Shown here in pieces: positions 60,431 through 64,000 of a DNA stretch of 64,000 nucleotides. Source of the DNA: Lama glama (lineage: Eukaryota). The stretch's first letter is position 1; the number at the start of each line of letters is the position of its first letter. The translations under genes were made by a program, and so were the position numbers. The stretch spans positions 59,460,001 to 59,524,000 of the forward strand of contig CM052816.1 in assembly GCA_028534125.1 (NCBI GenBank), given 5' to 3'. The notes below the pieces were generated by a model, which saw only the letters and a list, made by a program, of their open reading frames with translations, made no database searches and was not told where the DNA came from.

Positions 60431-62614
60431 CAGAAGTCCTTTAGGATGGCAGAGATATGAATACACTTAAAAGCTCCAAGCAATCTTTGAAACTGGTAAG
60501 AAGTAACCTTATGACAAATAAGATGAAGAGTTAATTTATACAGAACTACTAATAAATAAAGTCTTCACAAATAGCTATTCATTAGAGAATTGTAAGTGGA
60601 CTGAAGTGCCTGCATTTTATAGGATTCACTGTCAAGAATATGGTGTGTTGGTTTATAAGAATATGCTTTGAGAGTCAGGAGGCTTGGATGTGTAAATTAT
60701 CTATGGGAGGTGGCATTATAAGTGTAAAACTACTTGGTAAATGTTGATACAATAGAAAGGGGCATGGATTTGGAATCCTGAGACCTGGATCTATCTCTTA
60801 AGCAATGATTTAACGTTCCTCAGGTCTCTAGAACCTCATTTCAAGGTAAGGGGATTAACCAAGATGATCTAGTCTCCATAGGTATTTTCAAGAGGTTCTT
60901 TCTACTCCAAAATTCTTGGCTATTTTCAAATTGAACTTCTCTGATTCTAAGGTCTATGGGAATATTTTCCTGGGTCTGTGAGTTCCCAATGAAAAACATT
61001 AATTTTGTTTTTTCATTTTGATGAGAAAAAAAAGAAGCAAATTTTCACTCATTTGAATGATGAACACGTGTCTGCAGATTTTGGCACTTACATTTATTTT
61101 TTATTTGTGAGTGTACATATAGGTTGGGTTTTTTTTTTTATCCCTAAAGGAATTTCAAGCAACTTAAAAAATGCTGGGAAACTTCTCTAGCTATGTATGA
61201 TGGTTTCTCCTATTTTCAAATCCATAACCAGTGTCCTGTGTCTACCACTACTTTCATGTTGAAGAATTTCATCTAAATAACAAAACTTCACTTTTCTATC
61301 AAACACTTTCAATTAATAGACATTTCCATAAATTAAGACTTTAATTTGGTAAGTTATTTAATGCACTGATAACATGATGAGACACTATGGAAATGACATA
61401 TTGTGGTAGAGTAATGTGGCAGAGTAACCTACAGGTCTGATAGAAAGAGAGAGAAATTTAACCTCTAAATGAAGTGTTCCCATCAAATGAAGGTCCAAAG
61501 ACATCACAAGGTCAAAGGCTTTGCAGAAATTTGGGTGGGAAATATATTGCTAAGATGGAATCATCATATCACAAAAAATACTATAGGTATGCAGAACTCA
61601 AAATAATCTTTGCCACTGCAGTTACTACTCTTTTCACATTGAGAGGATTTTCATTCCAACAGAGCACCTTTGTTGTCTGCACTAAATTACTTTATTTAAA
61701 TTTTATGAATTTTTGGTTTATACCTAATTTATAATTTTATTTTGGCTTGACAGTTGTATAACAGCTTTCGGTATAGAGAATTTTTACCTGGATTTATGCT
61801 TATAGATATTTAAGTAACATTTCAGTTAAATAATTTAGGTTAATATGTTTACCTTATTAATTTTTTCCCTTTAAAAGATGTCTATACCTAACATTTGAGA
61901 ACCTGGTCTTGATTATAAAACTCTATATATTTCTCTAAATTCCCCTGAGCAAAGTGTGGGGAAGCAGACAGTCTTGGTGGCTAAGGGATGCTGATGATAC
62001 AGAGAAAAGCTTCACAATTATGGAGACTTCATTGGTAGAGTTTCTCCATAGCCAGATTCACAACCTCAAAGTAGGGAAAAGCCACAGGGAAAGATAGCAT
62101 TAGATCTCAAAACCAATTTGCTAAACTGGAGGAAGGCAAATGAATACATGCAGGTTAGGGTGGCTACAGGGAGAAAAAGTGACAGCACAAATGCAACACT
62201 GGTTTTGGATAGGTTCAAGGAATTAGGCATCCAAAATTAAACACGGGTCAGAAAACCAAAAGTGGTTTTCAAAAGGCCAATTCAAGGCTGGAGCATGAAT
62301 CAATGAAGCAGCCAGGAGGACACCTCCTAACATATTAGTAATGGTCAGACTCTGCAGAGGGGACTATATTCAGTCAGCAACTTACAATTCAAGTGACGAG
62401 GGAAAGTGAAGCTTGATGAAGATGGTAGAAAATAGCATCAACTAAGAACACGAAAAGGGACGAAAGAAACCCAAATTATTTTGCTTGGGGAAGAAAATGA
62501 AAAGATAAAACTTATTCCTACTGGCTAGTTTGCAAATAGGGATTATATGAAGTTGATGACCAGCCAGCCATTCCCCATCTCATGAAATAGAAAAAATAAT
62601 CTAGAGGAAAGTCC

Positions 62615-63212
62615 GATTCAAAAAAATACATACACCTCAATGTTCATAGCAGCAGCATTTACAATAGGCAAGACATGGAAGCAACCTAAATGTCCATCAA
62701 CAGATGACTGGATAAAGAAGATGTGGTATATTTATATAATGGAATACTACTCAGCCATAAAAAAGAATGAAATAATGCTATTTGCTGCAACGTGGATGGA
62801 CCTGGAGATCATCATTCTAAGTGAAGTAAGCCAGAAAGAGAAAGAAAAATAACAGATGATATCACTTATATACAGAATCTGAAAAAGGACACAAATGAAC
62901 TTATTCACAAAATAGAAACAAACTCACAGACATAGAGAACAAACTTATGTTTATCAGGGAGAGAGGGAGTAGAGAGGGATAAAAAAGGAGTCTGGTATTA
63001 GATACTAACTACTATATATAAAAAAGATAAACACAAGGTCCTACTATATAGCACAGAGAACTATATCCAATACCTTGTAATAGCCTCTAATAAAAAAGAA
63101 TATGACAAGGAATATATATGTATAACTGAATCACTATGCTGTACACCAGAAATTAACACAACATTGTAAACTGATTATACTTCAATTTAAAAAATAAATA
63201 AATAAATAGAAA
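62615..63212 (+). mobile_element. 5'-truncated L1: ORF2 C-terminus, 3' UTR and A-rich tail
   Basis: ORF 62640-62852 [44 protein letters not shown] is the L1 ORF2 C-terminus; tail aaaaaataaataaataaat; probable TSD agaggaaagtcc / agagaagagtcc. Confidence 0.95.
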
Positions 63213-64000
63213 AGAGAAGAGTCCCAGAACAGGGACACTACGTCATAAGTGAATGAATGAATGAATGAATGACACAATTCACATTTTAAGGATGTGGACT
63301 GGTCACATTTAGAGAAATGATGTTGAAGGGGGCTGGTGGGGAACTCACTGGGCTCTTGATCGAGGAGTTGAATATCATGCCTAGGAGTGCTTAATAAAAG
63401 TTTACTGAAGCCTGGTTCTGCCAGAACGAACTCATGACCTGTTGACCATTTCTGTATACGGTTGAGGAGAAGTTGGGAGACAAGAAATGACTGAGTCTCA
63501 ACAAGAGTGGAAACAGACAGGATTCGGTTTAGGGATGTGGCAGAGGGAGTCCCCAGTGTGTGACTTGGTGAGAACTCCCCTGCCCTCCCCTGTAGGATAG
63601 GGATGAGCCAATGAACCCAGAGTGGCCTGCTGAACTGAGGAGGTCATGTTTGGGGATCTCTGAGCTGTTTAAATATTAGGCTTCTTTTTTTAATTAAGGT
63701 TCATATCCAGCAAACTATTTTCCATATTTGCTGATACTTTCTACTCTGGGTGAACCCCTCCAGCAGCCTGCCTCTTCAGGCTCTTCTAAGCAAAGGGTTG
63801 GAAAGGTTATTTTTTTTTTCTCCCGTTTTTAATTCTTGCTGAAGGTCAAAATGCTGTTATTTCATGAGAGAGCTCCCGAGAAAGAACCCTTAAAAAAAAA
63901 AAGGACGGGGCAAATGCACTGAAAATCCAGCCTTTTGCAACGAGGTTGAGCAATTCTGGCAAGTGTATTTCTACAGTTTCAGCTGTTATTTAACCATTTA

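Overview
Mammalian genomic DNA, most likely from a camelid (alpaca/camel), inferred from four tRNA-derived SINEs of the vic-1 type. The window is AT-rich, repeat-dense and intronic or intergenic, with one 500-N gap (48028-48527). I could not recognise any intact protein-coding exon, RNA gene or CRISPR-like array. The only ORFs I recognise are decayed transposon pieces (L1 ORF2, Charlie1 and Zaphod hAT transposases). Much of the window is interspersed repeat: L1 of several ages, HAL1, L2, MIR, MaLR LTRs, a Gypsy-type LTR and hAT elements. The best non-repeat signals are regulatory. (1) A CpG-enriched promoter-like region at ~50.7-51.05 kb has four CCAAT boxes, an E-box, a minus-strand splice donor and downstream G-runs, suggesting a minus-strand first exon with possible non-coding exons at ~45.6 and ~44.7 kb. 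(2) An enhancer-like block at ~13.87-14.08 kb holds a perfect AGAACAnnnTGTTCT steroid response element. (3) A CpG- and motif-rich block lies at ~3.55-4.05 kb. Several L1 copies are unusually rearranged. I see no convincing evidence of a new biological system. Repeat family names come from my recollection of consensus sequences, not from a search, and boundaries of old repeats are approximate.
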